From Lama guanicoe (Eukaryota), in assembly GCA_013239625.1 (NCBI GenBank), contig MU056050.1:6023366-6087365 (forward strand): DNA of 64,000 nucleotides. Reading direction: 5' to 3'. A model generated the notes under the pieces. The model was not told where the DNA came from and made no database searches. It saw only the letters and a program-made list of their open reading frames with translations. A program made the position numbers and the translations under genes. Within the stretch, counting starts at the first letter, position 1, and each line of letters begins with the position of its first letter. This document shows, one piece after another, positions 51,301-64,000 of this stretch.

Positions 51301-54300
51301 AATGTATGATCTAATTCAGCCACTATATTATTTATCATCTATTATTATTTATTAATTCACTAGCACTATCATATAATTCAGCAATGAAATTTTTGCCATA
51401 ATGCTTTTCAGTACATTTGCATGCTGAATAAAACCATATTGATTCTTAAGGATTTTTATGCTCTAGAAATGCTTGCTGCAGACAAATTTGCAAACAAATT
51501 TTTATTTGGTTTCCAAAGACATTATTTTGACATGATTTCAACTGATGTCAACAAATCAAACCAAGTTCTGCAACAAATGCCTTCTTAATGGGTTTTGCAC
51601 TGTTTGTTTTAGTTGACACCATTTATTATAATTTAACAGCATTTCCTTCCTAGGAAAGTCCAAAATCAATTAAAAAAATGGTGACATATGTTTGTATTTA
51701 TTTGGAAATACAAATGCAACCAAAGGGCTCTGTCAATATACGATTAATAGACTACAAGATGTCGTGGTTTGGGGGCATCTGATTGTCTGTCTTGCAATGT
51801 GAATTTTTAAATAGCTTGGGATTCCTGCTCCCTGACTTTAGGTTAGGGTAGAATTTCACATCAACAATAAATCACATTGGTTATGTAGTTTTCTATTTCA
51901 ATTTGGTGCAACTTAGCTTCATCCGTTCACAAAAGGGGGAGCGGGACCACAGGTGGGATGAGGAGAATAACAAGCTGGTAATAAAATATTAAGACAAAGA
52001 AATAAACACATTTGAAATGTTATTACTGTGACATATCTGTCTTTTCTTCCAGCTGTCACGGTGCACGGTCTCGCAATGGAAATCCCAAAGCCCAAGACTG
52101 GGCACAGAGGTTCAACATCAAGTTTTCCTCACAACAACCCTCTGGCCTTTTTAGATCAATTCTTCTTCATATTGACAGTAGGGAAATACGATTAAGAATT
52201 CCAAGGAGAAAAAAATAGCCTGCTCTGGGTCTAACTGCCAACCCTTTCACAAACACATTTTCAGGCTCTGCCTGTCCCTTGACCCAGGTTCAGTCCCTCA
52301 GTTCTCTTCTGCAGACCAGGTACAAATGAAATTCTATCATAGAATTATAACATCTCATGGTTAGAAGGATCTTAAAACTCATCTAGTTTAGTGGTTCCCA
52401 AAGGCTAGTCCAGGGACTAGTGCCAAATCCTAATGAAATTTTGTAGGTCTGTGAAAGATAATAGCAATGTGGCAGAAAGCTAAATTTATTAAAGGACTTT
52501 GCTTCATTCTATTTTTGAGGTGTGAAGTGATGATGTTCAAAATGGTAGGGTTTTTTTTCCCTAAGTGTCCTCATTAGAAGGTGAACTTTCATTTCTTGTC
52601 TTGGATCTCCACAGGGAGAAGGCGCCAGTAAAATAATACTCCTCCTTCTCTCAACCCTCATTTACTTTTCTCCCCGGGAGGAGTGAGTTGTTTGATTTAA
52701 TAAGCTTGAAAGAAGGAACCTAGCATCTTCAACTTGGCTCCTCCTGAGTTTCTCACTTTCTGGAGCCATCTTGTCCATAGATATTCACATTCAGTGCCAA
52801 ACAGTTGTCCACCTGGCACGATGGCCGGGTAGATAAGTGGAGCAGGGTTGAAGTATTAGCACACTCAATGGGCTGCAGAGCTAAAGCCACAATCTCCATT
52901 TCTGCTCTATCAGTGCTAGCGGTGGTATTTTTATCTTCTAATTAACTCCTGTATCTATACCTCCATTAAGAGCCGATAGCTAACACTTACAGAACACTTA
53001 TGATAAACATGGCACTGTTCACATGCTTTACACTTGAGGTATTATTGTTGCATTTCACAGATGAGGAAACTGACACCCACAAAGTTTAAGAGATAAGGTT
53101 ATTCAGCTAGTAAGTGGCACAAGCCTATATTCAGATGCAAGCAGCCTGGCTCCAATTTCTAATGGGTTTCAGACTCAGAAAGAGAATAGAAGTGTTATCC
53201 ACTGCCAGAAAGTGTTATCCCTCAAATTTTATCAGGCCTCAATTGGTTAAAAAAAATAAAAAATTGGAAACCTATATCAGTACTTTCAGGTTTTCTTTTT
53301 TTTAACCTTCACTAACTAGTGCTAGAGATCCAAGACTCCACCAACAACTGACTGGGTCCAGGCATTCACGCACTTCCAGAATCCCTACCTCCTCTTCCTA
53401 CCCACTGTTCAGCCCACATCTGTGTACCTGAAGACTTAGAATAGTAGGAAACACCATCAAGGCTGCCCTTTCTTCTTAGAGCAGCTGCAACTGATAGAAA
53501 AATTTGTCCTTACATCTAGCTGTAATCTGTTCCTAGATTTGTCAGAAGAAGCTACACACACAACAAATTTAATCCCTCGTGGATAGAGCGGTCCTCCCTA
53601 AATATTTTTTTCACTCCTAATTAAGCTTCCTGGGTTCCTTATGTCATGGCTTGGAGTTGCCTCATCTCACTAGCAATCCTCTTCTGAAAGGACTTCATTC
53701 TGATTCTACCTTATATAAAGGATGGTGTCCAAAAGGCACCTAATACTCCAGGTGAAATCTGGTCAGTAATGATTGAGCAGGCTCATTTCCTTGCTGGTTT
53801 GGGATTCTACACTTCTACAAATGTCCTCTCCTTCTCTCTTCCCCCAGTTTAAATAAGTGATTTTTTTTCTGTCAGTAACTGAATCATCTGGAAGCCCACG
53901 ACCTAGGCCACAGGAGTTTCCTATCTTAACTACTATCTTGAAATCAATGACCAACCAGTCCATATGTGACAAGAAGGTCAGAAGTCACTTACACCCACGT
54001 ATATGCCTGATACCACCTGGTACTTAGCTCCTGACCCAGGTCGGCTACCAGTCCCTCCATTCTTCTGTAGTTACTGATGTTTGATGCTGACCTGATCTGA
54101 CAGTTGGTCTTGTCATGCCCTTTGGTTTCCCTGAAAAGGGATCTTGTTGAATGTGGAGGAGCCTGACAGTGCCCTCGGGCCTAACTGTCAACAAGGATTT
54201 TCGCTATTCAGTTTGCTTATGTGGTGTGCACCTTGGGCTGTATCTATAAAATACCAAAACATCCAACATATTCTGTCAATAAATGAGGCAATTCAGTGGG

Positions 54301-55833
54301 CTAAGATTAGTCAAACCAGTTGTTTATCAGCACACATGGAAAAGCATAGTAGTCCAAGTGAAAAATACTTAATAACAAAGGTAAGGTAAATTTAGGTAAG
54401 ACAGATCCTTAATGAATTGGGGAATAGTTAAGATTATTAGGGATTGTCCCAAAACTGTGAAGGTTAATGTCATGAAAAAGAAACCTGCATCTTCCCACAA
54501 AATATCTCTTACTGCCACAGTTGAAGGTAGAGTCTTAGGATATAGGGAATACTGATATGACCCAATCTGGCAGGTCTTAAATTCTTATAAAAACACGAGG
54601 AAGGGACAAAATTATTCAGAGAAAGGATATGAAAATTCAGAGTTCATAAAACTGGTGATATCATTGAATGCCAGTGAGACACCTTAAAAAAGCTAGATTC
54701 ACCCATGAATCTCAAAGCATTTTCTAATCATTAATTCATAAGTTCACGTAATACTATAAGGCAATAGGGCAATGATAAATTATTATTTTAAACATAACAA
54801 CCCAGAGGTTATGTAGCTTGTCTAATGATAACAAATATGACATTTAGAAACTGAAATACATGAAATTCTCAGTCCTGCCTTTTATCAGTTTATAAAGACC
54901 GTATGGCTTTGGTTGCCTCAAAAAAAAATCAGTAGCTATTAAAAGTTAAGTATTTGGCATTTTTTCTAACTAGTTTATAAATTAAACCATCAGCCATATG
55001 CAAGCATTTTGGCAATGTTGTTAAGGAGGTGATGGAAACCTGAGCTTTAACTAAAATTCCTTTTTTAAATTTCTAATTTATATAATTGATAAAGAAGTTT
55101 ATTTAATTTACTTTTTGAAGTCTTTAAGGAATTTTCTTGCTGGAGTACCTTGTGTTAAAACGTAGTACTTAGTGGTGAGACAGCGTCACTGAAGTTTTTA
55201 GATGCTGTTTTGCTCCATGGAAAGAGTGAAGATGTACATGCAAGAAATCACCCAGGCTTGGGATAAATCCATTTCCTGAGAAGACTAAAAGGAACAGTGG
55301 ATTTATGGCAGAAGAGAGACCACAAACAAAACAACTCCCCCCCTAAATAATCATGGCTTCAAGGCCATCTCAGAAATGTCTTCTTGGCACCTGTCTCAGT
55401 ATTTGTAAAACATTCTATTTGGCAAAGGGGCTGGTACACGTGGGAACACATCTTCAGGGTCTAACGCGAGGCAACATAAAATAGAATTTGTCTTAGTCAA
55501 CATTGTTGGAATACATCAATTTGGTCAAGTAACAGATACCGATAGAATGTTGAGATTAAAGAAATTTACTGTCCCAATGTCTTTCATTTACTAGATATGA
55601 ATTTATTCCTAAAAGGAATGCTTAGTTTAAAATCTGAAGTAAAAAAAAATGGTTGAAGACATTTGGGGAGGAGAGGATGAAAGTGAGAGCAGCAGAAAGA
55701 TGCTTAACCAAACTGAGTTTTAAAAAATATTTTAAGAATAATTATTTTACTCTCTCAATTTGCTTATCATTTTCAAGGCTGTGCTTTCGATGAAAACTGT
55801 ACCTTTTTGGTTCTGTTCCAAATTAATTGACAG

Positions 55834-55912
55834 TGTGTGTGTGTGTGTGTGTGTGTCCCTGCCTTGCTTTTGTTTTGTTTTATTTTTGTGTGTGTGTGTT
55901 TTGTTTTGTTTT
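55834..55912. repeat. Compound (TG)n/(TTTTG)n microsatellite
   Basis: Seen directly. Confidence 0.85.
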
Positions 55913-55919
55913 AATTGCA

Positions 55920-56012
55920 GCAGCATGGATGGACCTGGAGATTATCATTCTAAGTGAAGTAAGCCAGAAAGAGAAAGAGAAATACCATATGATATCACTC
56001 ATATGTGGAATC
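55920..56012 (+). mobile_element. Internal L1 fragment (end of ORF2) without its 3' tail
   Basis: AAWMDLEIIILSEVSQKEKEKYHMISLICGI, matching the L1 at 43.3 kb; flanked by taattgca repeats. Confidence 0.85.
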
Positions 56013-56689
56013 TAATTGCAATTTATTATATTCTGTAGCCCTTCAGCCTGTTTACCAGTGGCATGGATCAGTCAATAGGCCCTTTTCATTTCAGTACAGG
56101 TTATATGGGATTCATAGTTTGGACTACCAAAAGCTTTTCCCTTTCCCACCTGGAAGCCGCTTCCCTACAGGCAGGACTGCTCAGTGAGGTCCGCTGTCCC
56201 ACCACAGGACCCTAAAGAAGATACCTTTGGCCTGAGGCCCCTCCTGCCCTGCCTCTGCGCCCTCGTTGCCTCTGCTGCCTTTTGCTCCCTGCCCTCCTTG
56301 AGCTGGTGCTTCTCCCAGGCTGCTGGGCGGCTGCACCTTCCCTTCAAGCCCCATAGCCTCAACAACCCTTTCCTCTTGAGTATTCCCTTCCTCCAGGGTC
56401 TTGCTCTCTGATTTTCGAGATGAAGACAAAATGTATGATAATTCAATACTCTCGCAAGGGGAATTTAACATAGTTAAGAGTTTCGGCTCCAGAGTCCGCC
56501 TGAAATGCATTAGAATCTGCCATGTAGTTGCTGAGGGAATTGTGGGCACACTACTCAGCCATCCTGAGCCTGGGCTTTCATGTACCTAAGTGGGGATGAC
56601 ACTTACATGATGTGGCTGTTGAAAGGAATTGCTGCAGAAAGGTGAGAAAGTGCCCGGTTCTCAGATTTTTTTGGCTTGAGTATCTGAGT

Positions 56690-57190
56690 TGGAGGGGAAG
56701 GGGATGACTTTGGAGGATATATGGTTTATGGTGCCTATGAGTCACCAAGGTAATGCTGCCCCTGTGTCAGCTGAAAATATTGGTTTGGAGCTTAAAATAG
56801 AGAGGTCAGAGCTGGAGATACAGACACAGAAGTCATCAGACGTCACTGATACTGCAGAAATGGATGGGGTGGCCCAGGGGAAAGGTACAGCGAGGAGTGC
56901 ACAGGGTTGTGGTCAGGGTTCTGAAGAATAGCAACATTAACAGGTGATTAGAGGAAGAGGACCCAACAGGGGAGACTGAGCAACGACCACAGAGAAGAAG
57001 AACCGGTAGGGGTGGGTTGTCAGTAACCGAGGGAGGAAGGCATTTTGTAAACAGAGTAGTCATCAGTGTCAAATACCACAGAGGTGTCAACCAAGAGGAA
57101 ACAGATTAGTTTACTGACTTTGACAGGTAGGGGTCAGTGACTTTGGCTAGTGTTGTTCTAGTGGAGCAGTTGGGGAGGATCCTAACTTAT
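56690..57190 (-). mobile_element. L2 LINE remnant
   Basis: tggagcttaaaatagagaggtcagagctggagatacaga ... cagtgtcaaat pattern of antisense L2. Confidence 0.65.
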
Positions 57191-57699
57191 AGACACACAT
57201 TTGGAAAGACTGGAAAGTCATTGTAATGCATATGGAAAATGGTTTCTCAATAGACAACTAGATTATGTTCCCATTAGAAGTGATTGACAGGTGCTAAGCA
57301 GACAGTCAGGAGATGAGAGGCCGACCGCCTGGATGGGCTACCCCCACAGAAAACATTCAGGAAGGGAGCTTTGTTTAAGCAGATTAAGCAACAGCTAATG
57401 ACTCTGAGAATGTTGCCTCTGACTATGTAAAAGGAGAAGCTGGTTTGTGTACAGTGTGGTTAATAATGAATTAAAACTTTAAGTCTCTTGCTGCACACAT
57501 TGATGATAATATAGTAGAGGATTAAATGATCGTGTTTGTTTTAACCCAGGTTTTAGCCCACCCAAAATAGTGAGGGCCATTATGTAAACTGAAGGATGTT
57601 AATTTGGCATAGAGCAAGTAAAAAGTATCTTTTCTTTAATTCAATTGTTATCTATTAAATAAATAGGGCTGCAGGCAACACAGCTGAATTTGATACCCT

Positions 57700-58045
57700 G
57701 GAGTCTTTTCCATAAGCGTTTGTTGAGCTAACTTACACAGGAAGCTAGGCTAAGCTTGTTGAAATGAAGAAGCCATGTCTTAGGAGGAGGAAATGAAAGA
57801 GCCAGGGACATTTAACCTGGAGATGAACCAACTCAATGGAACATGAGCGAGTCTTCAAATACAGGACAGGTGAAAAAAGGACAAGAAAGTTGTGACCCCA
57901 AAGCCATGCTGGGACTGACAGGTGAACTCTACATATATATAAATTTGCACTCTGTAAAGAAAAGTTCCCATGAGTAATAGCTGTCCCAAGATAGACAGGC
58001 CACCTCAAGGGTTAGTAAATTCCCACCACTGGAAGTATCCAAGCC
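57700..58045 (+). mobile_element. CR1/L3 LINE 3' remnant
   Basis: tgaaagagccagggacatttaacctggaga ... gtcttcaaata ... tcccaccactggaagtatccaagc. Confidence 0.55.
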
Positions 58046-58060
58046 AAAGTTCAATGGCCC

Positions 58061-58181
58061 GAGGGTGGGGGTACAGCTCAGTGGTAGAGTGTGAGCTTAG
58101 CATGCATGAGGTTCTGGGTTCAATCCCCAGTACCTCCGATAAGGAAAAAAAAAGATACCTCTTCAAAATTAAAAACAAAAA
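58061..58181 (+). mobile_element. tRNA-derived SINE (camelid Vic-1-like)
   Basis: A box (cagctcagtggt), B box (ggttcaatccc), A-rich tail; 15-bp TSD caaagtt(c/a)aatggcc at 58045-58059 and 58182-58196. Confidence 0.85.
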
Positions 58182-58224
58182 CAAAGTTAAATGGCCATTT
58201 GTCCCAGATGCAATAAATACAATA

Positions 58225-58745
58225 TAGATCAGTTCAGATTATATTCAGTTGTATATAACAGAAAGAAAGCAAAAAAAAATCAGAAAATAAAATAATGGCT
58301 TAAATCATACATAGAGGTGTATTTCTCTTTCTGATGAAAGAGGTTTGGAGGAAGGCAGTGCAAAGCTCACAGACCTAGGTTCCTATCCTTCCATTGCATT
58401 ATCCTATCACTTGTCTTCTACCTTCAAGGATTCCTCGTGGTCCCTTGGAGTTCCAACCATTATGTCCTCAGTGTTGGCCTGAAGAAGGAGGAAATGCAGA
58501 AAAACAGAAAGGGCCCCTCTTAAGTGTGCCAAGTCCCTTGTAGAAGCATTCCTGGAAGTCCCACAGGAAACCATTGCTCTCATATCACTGCCTGAAAGTT
58601 AGTGTCCTGGCCTGGGCTAGCTGCAAGGAAGGCAGGAAAATAGGATCTTTTCTTCTGGGTGGAAAAGTATCCAACTGAAACTTAGCATTTGGTACCTAAA
58701 GAGAAAGAGGAGAAGAGATGTTGGAGCAGGCAACTGACATCTGTG
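58225..58745 (-). mobile_element. MaLR LTR (old MLT1)
   Basis: tcagttgtatataacaga ... aataatggcttaaa ... agctgcaaggaaggcaggaaa antisense MLT1 pattern. Confidence 0.6.
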
Positions 58746-60639
58746 ACATGACTTCTCTCTGATGAGTTTGAGTTGAATGAAGTTTAAGATTCTTTCCACC
58801 CGTTCAATTGTGTGAGCATAGATAGAATGATGTTTCAGGAGAGCTGCTTGCAACATACTCTTAGTCTGGGAGATCAGACTGCTCTTATATGTACCTCATC
58901 ATCTGTGTAACCAGTTCCCTGCATAGCATCACCTCTGTTTTAACCACTCATAGTGGCCGTCTTTTTTTCTGGTTGGACCTAGATTGATGCTGTGTCTGAA
59001 ACGACTAATCTCTCTTTTGAAAGCCCTAATGGAATAAAATATAGAACAAGGAGGTTTTAGTGAAAATCATTAGGCAAGGAGAGGTGCAGGGAGCCTTGGG
59101 GCATTTCCTCAGTAGGGGAAGAAGGCCATGAGAACAACTATTCAAATACCAAATATTTATTGAGCATGTGCTATGTGCCAGATGCAGTTAGATGCTAGAA
59201 ATAGAGTGGTGAACAAGACAGAGACGTGGTTTCTGGCCCCATGGAGCTTAGGGTTGGTAGAAGAATGAGAGCTCGAAAAAGTATGAGAAAAATAAGAAAT
59301 TAAAATTGCAGCTGCGGACGTTAGTCCAAAAGCAAACTTCAATAACCTGATCATTTGGCCTTTGCCTTGATTCACGAAAGCAACTGGGAGCACGAGGGCT
59401 ATTTAGACATGTCCAAGGAACCCTGACCTTGAGACTATTCCTCCCTCTTTGTGCCTTCCTTTGTGATTCCTTAAAAGGTAGTGTTCTTCTGTGCTCACAA
59501 CTTTCCAGTCCTGCTTTCCATAATCTTTTTCCTTGCCTTACACCAGGTTATGCAGCACTGTGTCAACCCACTGTAAATATTGATGTATTTGCAAGTATAA
59601 TAACAAATTCCATGCAACTTCGCCTTTCCATATTGCCTGACAAGAGGCCATTATTGTCTTAAATTTGTACTTACATACTGTAATATTTGCATTTTGCATT
59701 TAATCACTGTCACATTTTAGTGACAGGAAGTGGCGCGGAGGACAACAATTGGTATTGTGTATTTTGACCTGAAATAGTAGCCAGAGCTGGGATGTTGCCC
59801 GGACCCACACAGCCTTCAGTGATTTGTAACTCAATGATCTTAATGTGTCTGTTGACCTTCCCGCGAGTTCAGTAATCACTGTTTTGTACCTAACTTGCTT
59901 GAAATCGAAAACTACTTTATCCAAGTAAAGGGAATCAAGCACTGTATTTTTCAAAAGTCTCCATTTTAGATGGCTTTGACAACCTCCTCCCAGTCACCTT
60001 TTTAAAGTACCTTGACTCCTCCTATTGGTGCCCCTTGTTTATCTTCCTCAGGAATAATGAACAGTTTGCACCTGGCTATTAGTGACGCTTATTATATTCT
60101 CCTGTCCTTTCTCAAGAGGTCGTCATCTTTCTTCAGCTGAATTGTAAGCCATTCAAAGACAGGACCAGATCTTTTCATTCATTTTTGGTCAGTCACACCA
60201 TACCCCTTCTTTTTTTCCCATCTGTTTCTCTTTTGGTAAGCCTGAGAGTTTACCCAATCACCCTATAACACTGCAGCCTTCCAACTCCTAGGCTGTGCCA
60301 ACAACTAACCCTGTGACCTTGGTCAGGTTGCTTAGCCTCTCAGAACCTGTTTTCCCATCGCTAAAATTGATCCCCATCTCTTAGTGTTGCAATTAGAATG
60401 AAAAGAGAATAACCTTCTAAACAATAGCACCTGATACAGAGCCTAGCCCATAGAAAGGATTCAGTTCATTTGTCTTTCCTCTCCTTGACCCACACATCAC
60501 CCAAAGAAACTTGGCTGTTCTGAAACTCACACCCTCAGAGTCCTATCCTCTGTTAACATGACCATGCTAGTGAGTGTAGTGCATTACCCCTGCTACATAA
60601 TCTATTTATATTTTAAATGGAGTTGCCTCTACAGGAATG

Positions 60640-60965
60640 TCTTGTTTCAATTGAACTGCCGCCTGAGCACACTAATTGATCTCCCCCACCTGATATCTTC
60701 TATCATTGTTCCCCACTGCATTCACACTCATCATAGCACTTAGCGCAATTTGAAGTGAACTACTTTATTCCTTCACTTGTTCGTTGTCTGTCTGTCCCAC
60801 AGGCTGTTCACCAAGGGCATAAACCATGTCTGCTTTAATCACCAATTTCCAGAACCCAGCAGTGTGCCTAGCACAGAGCAGACAATAAATATTTTTTGAA
60901 TAGATTGATGGATAGATGGATGGATGAATGGATAGACAGATATAAGTGGAAAAATTAACTGAATA
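60640..60965 (+). mobile_element. L2 3' end with (GGAT/GAAT)n tail
   Basis: cccagcagtgtgcctagcacagagcagacaataaatattttttgaatagattgatggatagatggatggatgaatgg. Confidence 0.75.
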
Positions 60966-63900
60966 AGTGAAACACTATGATAGAAATTTCAAGCTCATTG
61001 GAAGGATAAGAGTAATATTTGGGGGCAGACAGGTTATTTGTCACCTCAAGTTGTATGGAGATAGACTTCCTTAAAAAGGAAGGGTTAAAGAAACGGTAGA
61101 CTGAGTGGAGCAAATGGATTTGTACTGATGGCAAACAAGATATATGTTGAGAATTTATGAAGAGAATATTGTGTTTAAAGGCACAGCAACTCCTAAACCA
61201 TAACGCTGATCATCAAATACTTTTCATACAAAACACCAGAAGAGGCCTGACGTATAATTTATTCTGCTCTTTCCTTGGTCTTTCCTGCCCCAAACTTAGC
61301 ATTAAAGCCAACTGCTGGGACCCCTGTTTTCTAGCAAGAGTTCTTAGCTTCTAAAATGAAAAATACACCACCACCAACCTGTCATGGCTGAGGAATCAGA
61401 AAACAAGTTAGGTTTTTGAGCTGTCAGGTTGAAAAGGATTTGCAAGCCCCTTCCCACCTACTCTATGCTATGAAGACAGATTTCCAGAGGTTTGAGAGAG
61501 ATTTGTACCGTGGCTCCAAGGTTTACAAAATGCCACCATCTGAGGAGTCTGAATTATTCCTCCCCTGTATTTCATTTGTAATGTACCTTTGCCAGCATAA
61601 AAAGTATTAAAAGGGCATTTGGAAAAAAGAAAAGGACATTTGAACAGTAATAAGTCTCTTAACACTTATAAACAGCCATTTCCCTTGTGATGCAGTCGTT
61701 GTGCTGAAGGGAAATAACCAGTACCAAACTGGGTTAACCCCTTGTCTTCCAAAATCTAACGCTACTTAGGTTGTAGTTAGGAACCAGTGCCCTGAGTGAT
61801 GAATTCCTGAAAGACAAAACAAATTGGATTTCCAGTTAAACATTTCCCATCTACTTCTTCTCTCCCTGACTCCCATACCTCCTCCTCACTGGGAGGGAGG
61901 AATAGTGCACTTAAGAACCCTCCAAATTGGAGAACCCATCAAATTTAGGGTAAAATGCCTATGATTCAAAACATTTGGGTGAGTCCATTCACAATTAAGA
62001 AAATATCTGAACTGCATAATATTTTAACATAAAGTGTTTTGCTTTCAGGCAAGGGGCAGTAGAGTGTAGCTGTTAAGAACATAGACTCTAGAGACTAGAA
62101 GAATCAGAGCTTTTTTCATAGTTAAGTTCTTTATGGGAATGAGTTCTATTTTATATGCAAATTAGTGTTTCTATTTGACAATTCGATTTTATAAATTGTG
62201 ATAGGACTTTGCCTCTTGGAGTCAGTTTTCCCATCTGTAACATGGAGATTGTGATAGTGCCAACATCTCTGGAGTTTAAGATTTTTAAAAAATCTATGTA
62301 CTTGAAAACATTTTGTCTGTTTTCAAAATGCACAGGTATATATTTATGATTGTATACTACTAAGGAAGCAGCTTGATGAAATGATATCTAGTTTCATTTT
62401 CAACTCCCAAATTCTACAGCACCAACTCCGTATCATCTGACACATCGATACTTCCGTAAGGAGGCAGTCCATTTATCTCAGGCCAGTGGAAATGCCTTTC
62501 TGGGAAGAGTCCGTTTTGGTCCTAGTTGCTTGTATTAGCTGTGAGACCTCGGGCAAGTCACTTAACCACTCTGAATTTCAGCTTTCTCAAATGTAGAAAG
62601 AAAATATACCAATAGCTATTTAATAGACATTTTCTAGAGCTTTTAAAGAGTGAAAGTATATAGCGTAATCCTGGCATATGTTAGCTAAGTTACTGCTAAT
62701 CTAACCAAGTATGTCTAAGTAGAGTCACTTAGGAGACCACCTTTGATTAACGTCCTGCCTTAATAAGTTGACATATTTAATTGGCACACTAATATTTTTC
62801 ATAAATGAGTATTTCTAAAGTGCTTGAAATTCCATCTTGTTAACATTATTCTTCATTTGTTTTCTTTACAAATAGTATTGAAAAAAAACACCTTCATGCA
62901 GCCAATAATCTTAGTATCACCACAAACACCAATTAACAAGATTTTGCCATATTTTGATTTTTCAAAGTACGTCTGGGCTTTGAAACAAAAAAACACAAAC
63001 AAAAAGCATTCATTTCATAGTTCCTTGCTCAAATGCAAACAAGCATTGTCTTGAAAGGGGTTCAGGGGCTGCAGGTGAAAACTTGACATTCAGCCAAGTC
63101 TTAATTCAGAGTCAATAAAGTAATACTCCGATGCCTAGGCAGATGTGTAAATTTTCTCCACATGATAAATAAGCAGGCTGTGATTTCTATCAAATCAATC
63201 TTAGCTTGAGTCAGTCCTTCTCTAATCAATAAATCTGGATGTGCACTGAAATATGAAGTCAATATATGCAGCGTTACATTCACTTCAAACTCCTTCATCA
63301 AAAGTACCTAGCAATTTTTCTATTATTGCCATAAATTCAAAATACCAGGCTTATTTCATTTTCTTTTAACTACCACTTTAAAAGGACAATACGTTTCTGG
63401 GTCTTGAAAAAGCTCTTACTTGGATCTGGTTAAAAATCCACATAGATTGTCTGAGCCAATCAACGCAGTAGCTACAGTACACTGGAATGCCCTATAAAGC
63501 AGAATTGAGTATGAGGCAGTATTAGTGAAAATGGAGGTGTTTGAAAGTTATTGCTAAGATATTTGGAGTTTTTATTAGCAATTCTAAGAAATTGGAGGCT
63601 CTAGGGGAATGTGTGTATCACACAAAAGATATCCGCCATATTCTGGCCGAGGTGATGGGCCTTTCACTGCTTCCCTTAACAATATTCCTTTTCATCTTAT
63701 GTGTGTTTACAACAGAGCCAGCCTCATCGAAGCCTTCCAATCCTGGCAATGCAATAAGGAAGTTCGTGCAACTTCCTCAGAATTTTAAGATTGCTGGAAG
63801 ACCCCAACCTGCTCATTCCTTCTCTGTGCTCCAAAGAACTGGAGTCAGCCCTCTGCTTCCTTCTAGACTTGTTTCCTTTTAGTAACTGCTACTGACACTC

Positions 63901-64000
63901 TTTACTAATGGCTGTAGGATATTTTGGAGATCAGTTCTTACCATCACCCCACATCACCACGTCAAAGCTATGTGTGACCAGGATCGGTGTCTATTTCAAG

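Noticed and set aside
33825..54630. Minus-strand ATATCCTT motifs (33825-33832, 40798-40805, 54623-54630) as U12 donors for the AC acceptor at 1669
   Set aside because: All lie far upstream of the leader exon. One abuts a MIR, one has no acceptor, and the third gives a stop in the required frame.
58063..58137. tRNA gene
   Set aside because: A-rich tail, TSD and imperfect stems indicate a tRNA-derived SINE.
1..64000. Prokaryotic systems (CRISPR arrays, operons, defence islands) or intact single-exon genes
   Set aside because: The sequence is mammalian and repeat-rich, the longest ORF is under 150 aa, and there is no regularly spaced repeat array.

Overview
Mammalian genomic DNA, probably camelid, judged from a Vic-1-like tRNA-derived SINE at about 58.1 kb and the L1 3' tails. 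I find no intact protein-coding gene: the ORF track is mostly chance ORFs plus L1 ORF2 C-terminal fragments. Most of the window is interspersed repeats (MIR, L2, CR1/L3, L1, MaLR and ERV LTRs, hAT MITEs) and repeat-free, TAAT-rich stretches that look like enhancers. The first 9.3 kb carry, on the minus strand, what reads as a decayed multi-exon Ig-superfamily type I membrane receptor gene. It has a signal-peptide exon with one stop, a 52-nt exon, up to four Ig-sized exons with degenerate Ig motifs, a 21-nt microexon and a TM-like exon. One Ig exon is bracketed by an apparently perfect 315-bp inverted duplication. Other notable structures are a 216-bp tandem duplication, a TSD-flanked 357-bp element joining an L1-like 5' end directly to the L1 3' end, and a composite LTR next to a CpG-retaining promoter-like region. 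All calls are by eye; repeat subfamily names come from remembered consensus sequences, and repeat boundaries are approximate unless a TSD is quoted.
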